Shown here piece by piece: positions 28,709 to 41,729 of a DNA stretch of 64,000 bases. Source of the DNA: Octopus vulgaris. Its lineage: Eukaryota. The position numbers were made by a program, and so were the translations under genes. Numbering within the stretch: the stretch's first letter is position 1; each line of letters begins with the position of its first letter. The notes under the pieces were generated by a model. The model had not been told where the DNA came from. It saw only the letters and a list, made by a program, of their open reading frames with translations, and made no database searches. Where the stretch lies: NCBI GenBank assembly GCA_951406725.2, contig OX597837.1:1736001-1800000 (forward strand). Reading direction: 5' to 3'.

Positions 28709-29007
28709 TGTCAGTGACTTCGAAGTTTTGGCCAGTTAAACCCTCGTCAGACTGCAATGCGTTGGAGTTAATCTTGACTTTATATAATCTGCAGAGTTAG
28801 AATCTTCTTTGGGTGGATTTGAGTGGAGAGACAATTAAGTTTTAGGGTGGGTTGTGATGTAAAGGCGTTCTGGAGAAAGGTTTCATAAATTTGTGTTTAT
28901 GACCTAATTACCATTCCACTCGAACGCAAGGAAGATTTTCACTGAACACAGATTATATAAAGCCAAGATTAACTTCAATGCATCGCAGTCGTTCGAAGTC
29001 ACTGACA
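28709..29007. mobile_element. Long inverted-repeat element (possible Penelope-like inverted pLTRs)
   Basis: Arms tgtcagtgacttcgaa...gactgcaatgcgttggagttaatcttgactttatataatctg / cagattatataaagccaagattaacttcaatgcatcgcagtcgttcgaagtcactgaca, with weaker pairing inward. The minus strand of the left arm reads CTGACGA-gggttt...aaacttc-GAAG. Confidence 0.6.
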
Positions 29008-29169
29008 ATGATATTCTTGCTCAAGAATAACAGATTTGTACTCTCACAATAAAAGTATGCGACATTTTTCTAAAGTTCGTCAGGTAAATCTTTGCCATTA
29101 TTAATATAAGAGCTTCCAGTGTTTGTTTATCAAAGTCCATCACCTATATTTTCAGCAACAATTCAAAGG

Positions 29170-29224
<55 letters not shown>

Positions 29225-29251
29225 GCATACCTGTGTATACATATGCTTGTG

Positions 29252-29332
<81 letters not shown>

Positions 29333-30375
29333 GTGGACGGACGGAGAGAACATATCTGTCACATATCTAGATAGATGAAGCGATGGATGTATAGGTAAAT
29401 AGCTATCTGTTATATTTTCTATCTAACTTCTCTCTCTCTCACGCACACACACACACACACGCACACACACACACATACAATAGATACAGTTAAACACTAC
29501 ATAAATCCACAAATCTGGGTGAAACCTCAAACCCCAATGTATCTTAATGCATTTCAGTTGTACTTTACAACATGGGAGGTGAAGGGTGCGTGTGGAATGT
29601 AATATTGTTAAAATTCAATCGCGTCTTTCGCACTAGCTAGTGGTGGCGCTATCGTTTGTCAGCAGTAGTAGCAGGAGCCGTAGTGGTAGTGGTGGAGGTG
29701 AATATATCGAATATTGATGGCTGAATGATGTGTGATATACGGAATTACTTCGTTGAAATACGTGCAAGAGAGCATCGGAGCGGAGCAAATATGGCGGCGG
29801 GGAGAAGGTTGGTAACTTACTAAAAAAAAAAGAAAAAGGAACTGAGGGAATTGAATCTAGAATATAGGAAACATTTTAATCCAATTTCAATGACAACTTC
29901 TACAACAACAACAACTACTTCGATTCAACATTAACGTCAGCATAAATATCAATATTAATAGTAAAGAAATGTAATCAATAATCAGAACAGCAACAATAAA
30001 CCAACTAAAACTAGAACAACAACACCAGCAGTAGATCAAATATGGGTTCTAAGACAGAAATATGGAACGGTAAAAGCAAGCCCTAAGAACTACAGAGATA
30101 ACTATAGTACGGAGAACGGTCATAACCATCATCAACATTACCTCCGCCACAAGATTAACAAAAATTGTACAATGAACATCAGTGACAATCACGACCACCT
30201 CAACACTCCATCAAAAGGTTTTGGGCCTTAGGCAAAGTACTTAAACTATAATATACTTCATAACAAACTTATATGGTAATCGATATTGTGTGTGTGTGAA
30301 TTAGACATAATCAAATACGCTTGACAGTTATTTGCGATTGTCGAATGTATGTAATTAGATTTGCAGACTCAACTT

Positions 30376-30552
30376 ATGAAGTAGAATTGGCTATTAATTT
30401 TAGCAGTTTTGCTGACTACGTAGGCTGGTTCTCGTGAAGCAGAACTGGCTATTTCTTTTAGGACTTTCAATGACCACTAATGGAGCTCTTAACATGAAAC
30501 AAAATTATGTGTCATTTCTCCTGAATTTACTGACCACGTAGCTTGATTCTGG
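30376..30552. repeat. Degenerate tandem repeat of about 58-60 bp, 3 copies
   Basis: Units start RTGAARYARAAYT and contain tgacYac (at 30376, 30433 and 30493). Confidence 0.6.
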
Positions 30553-30602
30553 TATCAAATTTCCACAACACTAAGAAAATGCGATCATTCTGAAGTACAT
30601 TC

Positions 30603-30715
30603 TGCGTAGCCTAGTGGTTAGGGAGCTCCCCGCTCATAATCATGATGATAATAGATTCAAGCCCTTGACCGAACAGCGCATTCTACTCTTGAGCACAGCA
30701 TTTCACTTAATATTG
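30603..30715 (+). mobile_element. Degraded SINE family C-like head
   Basis: gcgtagcctagtggttagg...gattcaagccc...cttgagcacagcatttcac. Confidence 0.55.
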
Positions 30716-30925
30716 TATATGAAAATTGCTGCCACATGAGGGTCAGGGGACACAAAAGGTTCCATGCCCCCTCGCCAATAAATATCTAAAACAATTGGCG
30801 AAAGCACAGAGCGTTTTTACCGAGCGTGCTCGCTCATGACTGGCTGTTGATATATATATGCAGCGAAACTAGGCTAGTATGCTGATCGCGCTCGCTTGGT
30901 TATCTCCCCTGTCAGTGCTTAGACT

Positions 30926-31036
30926 TGTGCTTCCTACGTGGCACCTTGGGCAAATGGCTTCTACTATAGCCTCGGGCTCACCAAAGCCTTGTGAGTGGAT
31001 TTAGCAGACGGAAACTGAAAGAACCACGTGTTATAC

Positions 31037-31088
<52 letters not shown>

Positions 31089-31225
31089 GCTTGTCTCCTT
31101 ACCATTGCTTGACAACCGATGTTGATGTGTTTACAAAGAGTAAGTCGTGGTGTCGATTTGTTCGACTAAAGTCGGCGCTCGATCATGGCCGCAGTCAAAT
31201 GACAAACAAATAAAATAATAAAAGA
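30926..31225 (+). mobile_element. SINE family B, 5'-truncated
   Basis: gtggcaccttgggcaaatggcttctactatagcctcggg...gacggaaactgaaagaa...catggccgcagtcaaatgac. Confidence 0.85.
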
Positions 31226-31711
31226 ACACACACATATACGAAAACCATTTAAATTGTAGATAACTATTAGCGTGGAAGTGCTGGAGTTAAATAAGTAGTA
31301 ACGACGTCTTCGTTCTCCTCATTTACTATCATGTTTTGGTGTGAAGCATACCGTGCGCCTGCTACTGAAATGTTTGATGGTCTGTAAAATGAGGGACGTT
31401 TTCGTCACACCCTGCATCTAACCTAATATCAATTGACGGATCCCAAAACACAATCAATAGTGTCTTATTCTGTATTGTTAAACAGCGAAGAATTTCTATT
31501 CAATTCCGTTTGGAGCATCTTTGTCAATCTGGAAACGTTCATTTTATGTTTATTAAGATGTATTGCTCTCGTGTGTCTGTGCATCGCATGCGCCCGTGTT
31601 TGCCTTGCAATTATTTACATCGATTAAGTGACTTCTTTGACAGAATTGATATATATAATAACTCGATTCTTTAAGCTATTTTCTTAATTCTTTTTTTTTT
31701 CTTTTTTGCAG

Positions 31712-31859
31712 CAATTTTCGTCAAAGGTGGCCATATTACAGCCCGGATAATAGTTTCAGATATTTGGTGTGTGAACGGGCTTCTGCATATCATTGACAAC
31801 TTACTCTACCTGCCAACACGGAACATATACGAAGAAATATCAAGATTTGATGATCTTAG
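31712..31859 (+). CDS. Internal coding exon of a fasciclin (FAS1)-domain protein (phase 1 start, phase 2 end)
   Basis: Long polypyrimidine tract plus ttgcag acceptor (AG 31710-31711) and AG|GTAAGT donor (GT 31860-31861). Open frame IFVKGGHITARIIVSDIWCVNGLLHIIDNLLYLPTRNIYEEISRFDDL matches the FAS1 H2 motif (A.V...DI...NG.IH.ID..L), followed by the likely start of another FAS1 repeat. Confidence 0.9.
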
Positions 31860-31905
31860 GTAAGTTACTTTCAGTGATTTTCTTACCTGTGCCTTGTAAT
31901 TATTT

Positions 31906-32381
31906 GGAACGTAACAACCTCGCGGGTGTTACGTTCCTAAACCTCACGCGATAGGTGAAAATCCGCAAAGAAGAAACATTACTGTATATATTTTTATCAT
32001 TTTTATAATTTGCATATATTTTATTATAAATCCCCCCCAAAAAAAATACCACACACACGCCTCCCAAGTTTCGTTTTCCATACAGTATGTGCGATTGTTT
32101 GTTTACTTATCTACGGTACACTACGTATTTTCTTTTAATATGTTTTAATTAATGTGTTATACAATGCAGTACCCTACTTTTATTAATTAATTTATTAATT
32201 TTTAGGCGTGAAAATGTTTATTTTACCAAAGAAATTACTAAAATCTAAAAAAATATAAACACCTAGAAACCCGCGACATACTGAGGAATCTGCGATATAA
32301 ATTTATAGATATTAGCCAGAAAAATCCGCAATGTACCTGGTGCACGATAGGTGAACCGGTATATGACGTGGGATTACAGTA
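31906..32381. mobile_element. Pogo/Tigger-like MITE remnant
   Basis: Subterminal cgataggtgaa and aaaatccgc motifs occur at both ends. The right end reads gtgggattacagta. The left end is a hairpin (ggaacgtaaca...tgttacgttcc). Confidence 0.55.
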
Positions 32382-32400
32382 TATTTTCATGAGGAATACA

Positions 32401-32609
32401 TTCTTTTCTACTGTAAAGCCCGAAATTTTGGGGGATGAGGCCAGTCGATTAGATCGACCTCAGTACGCAACTGGTACTTAATATATCGACTCTGAAAGGA
32501 TGAAAGGCGAAATCGACCTCGGCGGAATTTGAGCTCAGAACATACAGACAGATGAAATACCGCTAGCATTACTCCTGGTGTCCTAACGTTTCTGCCTGCT
32601 AGCCGCCTT
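32401..32609 (-). mobile_element. SINE family A, full length, with TSD
   Basis: Flanking direct repeat aggaatacatt (32392-32402 / 32615-32625). Confidence 0.9.
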
Positions 32610-33399
32610 CCAGAAGGAATACATTAAATTGAATGCAATGGTTAAGTTCTGACTGTAGAGTTCAGAAGTTTGGATGAGTATCATGTTATAATCAGTCAAC
32701 CTTAATACAACGTGTATAATACTCGTGCATAAGACGCATTATATTATATTTGATTTTAAATGAAACACGGGACGTGGGACTCATTCACGAGTAAATACGG
32801 TGGTTGATTGCTGTCACAAATGCCCGTTCAAAAATATAATTGCGTTCCTGTTTCAAATGCCAGTTGCATCAACGATGTAGAATTTGGTCCTGGCATACTC
32901 GCGTATGCTGATATTGGGAAGTAGGTTCTACTGGTTATAGTGACCACCAGATTCCGAGTTGATACTTTGCATGGGGACAAAATACGCAAGTTGACTAAGA
33001 TGCAATCCTGGAGACATTCTGATCGCAATGGCTCGTGGGAAGCTGTAACATGCTCGAGTAGTCATCTTATACACACTGTTTCTAATAGCAGAAAAAGCTG
33101 TAAGCTAATGAATGTGATTGGGCAACTCCCCTTCTTTTGACATTCATTAATTAATATTACAATCTCTAATCTCCTAACGCTTTACTCGTTGTATTAAAAA
33201 GAATATATTGAGTTCTAACAACTGATTACAGAGAATAATTGAAAAATAATCAGGCTCAGTTAACGAGATGATGGTCGGAAACGAGTAACACTAAGCGCTG
33301 GAAATTGGATCTTTTCAGTTATAAAGTAGGGAGGAATACTCTACGCTTGTATAGAGTTCTGAGATGTATTGCTTTTGGTGAATCAACAGTTATACATAC

Positions 33400-34020
33400 A
33401 TGTGTATATGACGCGATCGACAGGACGACTGGATGTAGTTATACATCACTGAACATCATACGCTTTGCCTCGTTTTAGCTATGTGAATGATGCCACCCTA
33501 GGTGAGCAAACCAACGTTTCCATTGATCAGAAGGCCAGTCCACTGCACGCTTCCCTATTTAGAGGCGCATGAACAGGAAGACAACGCGCAGGGCTTCCTT
33601 ATGCAGTCACAATTGCGCTGGACAGAATGTCATCAGAATGAGTGACGAAAGAATACCCAAAGCCCTCGTGTACAGCGAGCTTGATAGTGGACACAGGAAC
33701 GTTGGTGGACCATGGATCAGAAACAAGGACAAGCTAAAGAGTAGCCTCTTAGCAGTCATCAACTTTGGGAGTCAGTTCCCAACACCTTTGAGGAAACAGC
33801 CTTCCAGCGAAGAAAATGGAGATCGTCGTGTCAAGATGGTATAAGAGACTTTGTTTCAAACACCATTAACAGTTTTAGGGATGCAAGTCAAAGGAAAGAA
33901 GTGGCTGCAAATATACCGTCTGCAATGACCTGTAATCCTCATACATGCAGCATCTGATGGCTTCTTTGCAAATTGTTGGCAAAATTCAAATGTCAAACTC
34001 TACATAAGCATTACGACTGA
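33400..34020 (+). pseudogene. RTE-clade LINE ORF2 C-terminal fragment
   Basis: VIRMSDERIPKALVYSELDSGHRNVGGPWIRNKDKLKSSL resembles the RTE/BovB-type motif GHVxRMxDxRxPKxxxYGEL..G.R..G....R.KD.LK. Frameshifts lie on both sides. Confidence 0.85.
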
Positions 34021-34084
34021 CAAAGAAAGTGTAGATTGTCGGATTTTCATATATCGAAACCGACGACCAAGTGCATATATATGT

Positions 34085-34228
34085 ACGACGGGCTTCTTTC
34101 AGTTTCCGTCTAATATATCCAGTCACAAGGGTTTATTCGGCCCGAGGCCATAGTAGACACGACACGTGCCTTAGGTGCCACGCAACGGGACTGAACCTGG
34201 AACCATGGGGCTGGGAAGTAAGCTTCTG
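34085..34228 (-). mobile_element. SINE family B, 5' half
   Basis: gggcttctttcagtttccgtcta...cccgaggccatagtaga...gggactgaacctggaaccatg. Confidence 0.85.
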
Positions 34229-34229
34229 A

Positions 34230-34274
<45 letters not shown>

Positions 34275-34405
34275 CTTGTATAAGTGTTACCGTAGCCATT
34301 ATAAGGATTCTGGTGAAGAACAATCACGCAATATTTGTGTATAGTATAATATAAACAACAGAATCGCCATAAACGAAGTCATCGTGTGTGTGTGAATATA
34401 TAGAC

Positions 34406-34451
<46 letters not shown>

Positions 34452-34750
34452 TCAATCATCGCCTCGCAAATCTATTTGCCTACTAACTTATGCAATATAA
34501 TATACACCAATTCATATCTGCTCAAATAAACGCCAAGTTAAATTTGCTTATTTATATACACATCTATTACATGTGAAGCAGGAAGTATATACATTTCACA
34601 GTGTGTATATTTTTTGGGTTAAATCTAAACACTCAATCCATGTTTGAAGTTTTACATATTTACAGATATATATCTATTAATTTATATTTGTGTAGGATAA
34701 CAAATATTTCTAAAATATTTGCATAATTACAGATATTACTATACATGTAC

Positions 34751-34785
<35 letters not shown>

Positions 34786-34882
34786 CACGTATATGTATAG
34801 TCATAATACACGTATATAGTAACGAATATACATATAAATAGTATACATAAAGATGTATGTACATATGCTCTCTCTCTCTCTC

Positions 34883-34994
<112 letters not shown>

Positions 34995-35415
34995 TTGATT
35001 GTTCGCGACGCTTCTCTGGCAAACAGGAGCACTAAGTAGATAACGGTATTAATGTTGTGGTGTTGGTTGCAATAATAGTAGTAGTAGTGGTATAGTGGCG
35101 ATGGAGGTAGTAAGTAGTTTGGTATTCAGCAGCGGTGGTGGCAGCTGTTCAAAGAATTCCACTGCCATAGTGGTGACAGTTGTGGTCATCAATAGTTACG
35201 ACTACAGTACTTCCACTGGTCGTGTTTGCAATGTTGAAGAGGTGGCGTAAGCATTGATTTCTTTATTATTGGCAACAGTAGTGATTGTCTCTTGGGTGTC
35301 ATAATGATGGTCGTGCAAAAATTTTATGCATACATATATATATATACAACAACATTTAGAAAATGGAGATGTAGCATTAATATAATTTATTAACTGCAAA
35401 AATCCAACATATTTG

Positions 35416-35613
35416 CTTACAGCTGTTTCAGTTTAGTTTAAAAATAAATCGCAATAATTAAATCATTATATTATGCAAAATCTTATCAGAGGGGAGGAAA
35501 AGATATACTGTTAGGTTATTAGGTGTTGTGTTTTCAAATCATCTCAGCGGACTATTATTATTATTCCATAACGAGGCTATTTTAACCTCTAATAAGATAT
35601 ATGTATGTATATA

Positions 35614-35673
<60 letters not shown>

Positions 35674-35690
35674 CTAGAAACAGCTCTAAG
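35416..35690. mobile_element. Two oppositely oriented degenerate hammerhead-like motifs (Penelope-like remnant)
   Basis: Minus: CTGATAA (35489-35483)...GAAACAGCTGTAAG (35429-35416). Plus: CTAATAA (35589)...(TA)n...GAAACAGCTCTAAG (35677-35690). Confidence 0.45.
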
Positions 35691-35808
35691 AAACTTTAGG
35701 TATTTAATATAACTACACTGCATCCTCTTTAAATGATAGATTAAATGTTCTCAAATGACACCACAGGTTTTGGTTGTTCATTCTGTTTGTAATATATATA
35801 TCTACCCG

Positions 35809-36023
35809 AAGGCGGCTACCTGGCAGAAACGGTTGCACGCCGGGTAAAATGCTTAGTGGCATTTTGTCTGTCTTTACGTTCTGAGTTCAAATTCCGCTGA
35901 GGTCGACTTTGCCTTTCATCCCTTCGGGGTCGATAAATTAAGTACTAGTTGCGTACTGGGGTCGAGCTAATCGACTGGTACCCTCCCTCAAAATTTCCAG
36001 CCTTGTGCCTAGAGTAGAAAAGA
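35809..36023 (+). mobile_element. SINE family A, full length, with 15-bp TSD
   Basis: TSD atatatatctacccg at 35794-35808 and 36024-36038. Confidence 0.92.
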
Positions 36024-36142
36024 ATATATATCTACCCGCTAAAAGATGAACCACTTCTAGCCATCCTTGATAAGCAGTTTCGACACCACCTTTTTTTCAG
36101 TTGCAAACCAAACCGTGCACCTTTAGCACACACCTATTAATG

Positions 36143-36193
<51 letters not shown>

Positions 36194-36540
36194 CGAATTT
36201 TGCATGAATTAGGAAGTAGAGGCGATTGGAATTCTGTAAATGGAATTATAAGCCTTCAGCGTATATTGACTATCGAAAATCCTTTAATATTATGGCACAT
36301 AAACCCCACTCCTTCACATACTGATGCCCATTTTGTTTCGTTACGAGGGGTTTCGATGCCCTAATGTTAAACTATTTTCTATAGCCAGTGTACAATGAAA
36401 GCCTGTAATTCCATACACAATATTTTATTTCAAAATTTTCATGGAGTGGGAATTAAAAACGACTTATGAATCCTCAGATTAATAACACACATCGATACAT
36501 AATTATATTTTAATATAATTAGACACATACACTCACACAC

Positions 36541-36577
<37 letters not shown>

Positions 36578-36615
36578 TAAATTTGCATACATGCATACAT
36601 ATATATATGCGTACG

Positions 36616-36677
<62 letters not shown>

Positions 36678-36948
36678 CTCACACACACACATACACACAT
36701 GTACACACACATATATATCTATATATATATACAGGTACATATATAATACCTATATGCATATAAATATATGTACATAAATGTAAATACACACATATACGTA
36801 TATTTCTACAAGTACACTTTTCATGTATGTGAGCGTATGTCTATATTTGGTAGGTTTTGTGTGTTTATCACGCGGATGTACCAGTGGACGTTTTGGCGGC
36901 GGTGGTGGTGGTCATTGTGGTGGAGGCGGCGGCGGTGGTGGTCATTGT

Positions 36949-36985
<37 letters not shown>

Positions 36986-37554
36986 TTGTAATTAATCCCG
37001 ACGTAGATCATTTGATCAACTGATTAAGTTAGTGATTGTCTTATTGATGAAGCTAATGTCAGTGTGTGTTGATTAATGATCAAAATGTCTGAGAAGAGAT
37101 GATTAAGGTGACTGAAGAGGAAGAGGGAGAGGAAAGGGGGGAGTGAGAGAGGAGGAGAAAAACAGCGTAATAGTAGCAGTAGTAGTAGAAATAGTAGTAG
37201 TAGTAGTAGTAGTAGGAGGAGGAGGAGGTGGAAGAGGATGATGTGGAGGGAGTAGGGAAATTTGCGGAATGTGGAGATGGTGTTGATGGCGGTGAATGTA
37301 GCAATGATGAAGATGGAGGTAACGTAAGTGGGGTGGTTGTGACGGTAGTAGTAGTCGTAGTCGTAGTCGTAGGAGGTGGAGGTGGAGGAGCAGCAGCAGC
37401 AGCAGCAGGAGGAGGAGTGATAACGGGAATGCTGGTGTTAGCAGTGGTAGTAGTATAATAGTAGTAGTAGTAGTAGTAGTAGTGGCCACATCAGTAGTCA
37501 TAACAGCAGGAGAAATATACAATTATAAATATTGATAATAATAATAATAATAAA

Positions 37555-38105
37555 TGCCCCGTTGCAGATGCAGGCAATGGCTTTCATGGCTTCTGATCTT
37601 AACTGATTAGAAGTGTTATCTCAATTTGTCTTCGTATAAACGATGGGCTACAGCAAATATTCTGCTCAATACCACAGATTTGACTGTCAGTTTTTTTACC
37701 TTAACCTGTTGAGCATGCCCCTTAGTGGCTGATGATATGTGCACCTCTGAACACGAGCAGAAGTAGTCGGAGAGCATCATAGCCATGTGTTGAGAGGAAT
37801 CCTTTGGGGTTTGGAAAATTCACCTCTGGAAATATGGGTGTTTCGTTCAACATCCTTAAAACAAACCTTATTCAGGGACCTTTTGAGCGAGATGGACTAC
37901 TCAACCTGAATAAAATTCTAACTGGGCCCCACCTGCAAGGTCATACGCTGTTTGTCTTCATATGAGATCACCATGTCGCACACATATGATTGTGATGTAT
38001 GTACCTAGTGTACTCTTATCAGACGGGTAGTCATGGTGAGTAAACCGGTTTTCGTATATTTGTATCCCAATGTCACTTTGATGGAATGCGCTACTCTCTC
38101 ACTCA
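37555..38105. mobile_element. Unclassified interspersed repeat of about 550 bp next to (TAA)n
   Basis: Complex-sequence island with an (AAT)n left boundary and an AT-rich right boundary. Recalled as an abundant octopus repeat. No protein motif was recognised. Confidence 0.45.
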
Positions 38106-38126
38106 ATATTATAATTAGAAGAAGAA

Positions 38127-38320
38127 TGGTTTCAAATTTTGCCACAATGCCTCACACTTGGGGTAAGGGATTAATCGATTACATCAACCGCAGTGCTTCA
38201 CTGATTCTTGGTTTATCGACCTCGAAAGGATGAAAGGCAAAGTCGACTTCCGTGGCATTTCTTCCGACTTTATGCTCTAATGCCGCTTTATAATGTGCTA
38301 ACGATTCTGCCAGCTTGCCT
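38127..38320 (-). mobile_element. SINE family A, diverged
   Basis: ttatcgacctcgaaaggatgaaaggcaaagtcgac...aacgattctgccagcttgcc. Confidence 0.8.
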
Positions 38321-38381
38321 TCTTAATAATGATAATAATAATAATAACAACAATAATAATAATAACAACAACAACAACAAC

Positions 38382-38416
<35 letters not shown>

Positions 38417-39029
38417 TAATAATAATAATGATAACAGCAACAACAACAAAAACAGGGTCCAACGTGGGAGCCTCCAAGTGGTTGTTCGACCTGCTAAAAT
38501 CTCAAGCCAAACCCTTGCAACACACATACGGAAGCAGACATTCGATAATGCGTTCCGTAAATATAGGAAAAATTGAAGGGATGGCCACAGGTGGTATGGC
38601 TTTGATCATCGGACGCTTCAATGACGGCTGATTGACGGCTCCTCCGTCAGCCGCGACGATGAGTATTCAGGCTTTTGTTGTTGTTGTTGTTTTTAACAGC
38701 TGAATTACAACTGGTAAAATTAAACCTGTAAGTGGCTGGGTATTCCGCATACACCTGTAATTCTCAGGCAGAATGAATGTGGAGCAATGGGATAAGGCTG
38801 CACAACTGAATTAATGATATCAACTAGAAAGAGAGAGATAAAGGGAGTGAGATAAGAGAGAGAAGGAGCGAGATAGATAAGAGAGAAAGGAAGAGTGACA
38901 AAGAGGAACGGTAAAAAATGGAGGGAGGCGGATAGGGAGAGAGAAGAGTGTGATAGAGAGGGAGTGAGAGAGCAAAGAGCAAGAAAGAGACAGAGGCGAG
39001 GGTTAGATTTCGATTCCCGATTCTCAATT

Positions 39030-39205
39030 ATTTCTTACCTACGGCCATACTGGAGCACGGCAGTGAAGAATTTTGTATTTTTTTAAAGCCTGGTATTTAT
39101 TCCAGCGATCTCTTAGGTAAGCTGCTAAGTTACAGATTAGTACTTTATTTATCGACCCCTCGAAAGGACGAAAAACAAAGCTGACTTGCGTGAGACATGA
39201 ACGCA
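39030..39205 (-). mobile_element. Fused fragments of SINE B (3' part) and SINE A (core)
   Basis: cggccatactggagcac...gctgctaagttac, then agtactttatttatcgacccctcgaaagg. Confidence 0.6.
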
Positions 39206-39243
39206 GCAATCAGTGAATCACATAACAGATAAGTCCTCTGTGC

Positions 39244-39318
<75 letters not shown>

Positions 39319-40452
39319 GATAAGCTCAGTGCGTGCATGTATATGAGGTAGATAAAATTATAAGAGGTATACACGCGACGATAACAGACGAATTATAGTT
39401 GCAAAGATAATGTAATATAATTTTAATATATGTATTATGTATGGACACACACACGTGTGTGTGTAGACAGACAGATATATTCACGCACGCATACATACAT
39501 AAGCGTATTTACATTTTTCTACATTGGCAACAGACTTACAAGTGTGGTATCGCGAAAAGTTAGATGTAATAGAATGTGCTGGCATAGAGATTCGAGCGAT
39601 AGCACTATCGAGGGAGAGAGACGGGGAGTGATAGCGAGTGGTAGATAGGCAGAGAGGTTGAGAGTGAGTGAGAGGCGCCAGTAAGTGAGTGGTAGTATGA
39701 GAGCGTATCGTGTGTGTGGGTGTGAATGAGAAAGATGGTTAGAGAAAAAGATTGTGGCAGGAGGACAGCAAAATAAAGCAGGGTGAGGGGGGGGCACAGG
39801 AAAAATTAGTACCCTCCTGGGAAATCAACCTTGAGAGTTAATGGAGGAAAAAGTTGACAAGTCCAATCAATTATAAGGGAGATAACCCAGCGCACTTCAA
39901 TTGTCTTGGGGACGGACTGATCGTGAGCGAGCGGCAGACGATCAGGCAAACAGACTTGGTTAAACAGATAGATGTTTAAATATAGCGCTACACAGGAAGA
40001 CAGGCATGTATATATATATACAAAGAGAGAGGATTGACAGGTAGTTAGTAGGATGGATAGATACATAGATAGATAGTCAGGTACGCAGAAGGTAACATAG
40101 TCACGGTGGTGGATAAAAGGTAGAAACAGATAAACAAGAGGAACATTTACACATACTCACGAATGCATTTATGTGTGTGTGTGTGTAATAATATATGTAT
40201 ATGAATTTACACACACACACACACACACATACTAAACACCACTGTTTCCCATTCTTTCCCAATATGGTTACTTCACCGTTGGTCTGATCTGATGCAGTCA
40301 GTCGGGTGGCGTGATGAATATTGAAATTGCTCCATCACAATTTTGTCTTTTTCTTTCCGTCACGCACGCGCGATACGCACATACATCACTTCTCTTACAC
40401 ACACTTAAAAGTACATACAAAAACACACACATAAATATATATATGTATATAT

Positions 40453-40509
<57 letters not shown>

Positions 40510-40561
40510 TAACAAAAATAGCTGCATACGTATATGTATGATTTATAATTATATAGAAACA

Positions 40562-40601
<40 letters not shown>

Positions 40602-40722
40602 GTATATATATGTATATATATATATATATGTATATGTATATATATATGTATATATATACATATATATATGTATATATATATATATATGTATATGTATATA
40701 TGTATATATATATATGTATATA

Positions 40723-40771
<49 letters not shown>

Positions 40772-40774
40772 GTA

Positions 40775-40844
<70 letters not shown>

Positions 40845-41483
40845 CATGAGAGAGAGAGTGAGAGGCAGATATACAGACACGCACAAACAAACATATTCAT
40901 GACGACACACATCTATACATACACAGAAACAAACAGAAAGCTCCAAGTTCACTTACATCATCTCCATAACTTTCCTTTTAGCAACCCCTGTCACCCCTCC
41001 TACTACCACTATCAATGTCATCATCATCATCATCATCATCATTATCATCATCATCATCATCATTATCATCATCATCATCATACGAGTCGTTATTGGCAAC
41101 TGACCAAAAGGATTTTTTTTTTTTCGGAAGTTCCCAGTTTAACATGGGTTAGGTATAGGTTCAGGCAATAAGGTTTCAATATCATATCCCTAACATAATC
41201 ACGTGACATACTAGATAAGCGAACGATTTCTCTGTCAACATTTCAAAACCATTATATTGTTATTTAGATGCAGAAGTGTATTAGATTTCGAAGCATGCAT
41301 TTCTGATGCTTTTATTTTCTTTTAGACAATTCTTATTTTCCCCTTCATTTTCCTCTGTCTCTCTTCCTCTGTACGTGTGTATATATATGTATTTGTGTAT
41401 ATATATATTTGCATGTGCGCACACCTACACATCACCAAATATGTGTGTGTGTGCGTATTTATATATAAAACAAACACACACGC

Positions 41484-41528
<45 letters not shown>

Positions 41529-41665
41529 AGCATATATATTTACCTATATGTGATATATATATAAGTATATATGTATATATATTTACGTGTATGTAAGTAT
41601 ATATATATATGTATATTTACCTATATGTAAGTATATATAAGTATATACTTATATATATAAATATA

Positions 41666-41721
<56 letters not shown>

Positions 41722-41729
<8 letters not shown>

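Noticed and set aside
36823-37522. Gly-rich ORF (GGGGGGHCGGGG) and Pro/Thr-rich ORFs
   Set aside because: They derive from (GGT)/(GGC)/(TAG) repeats in a long degenerate trinucleotide block, with no convincing splice sites.
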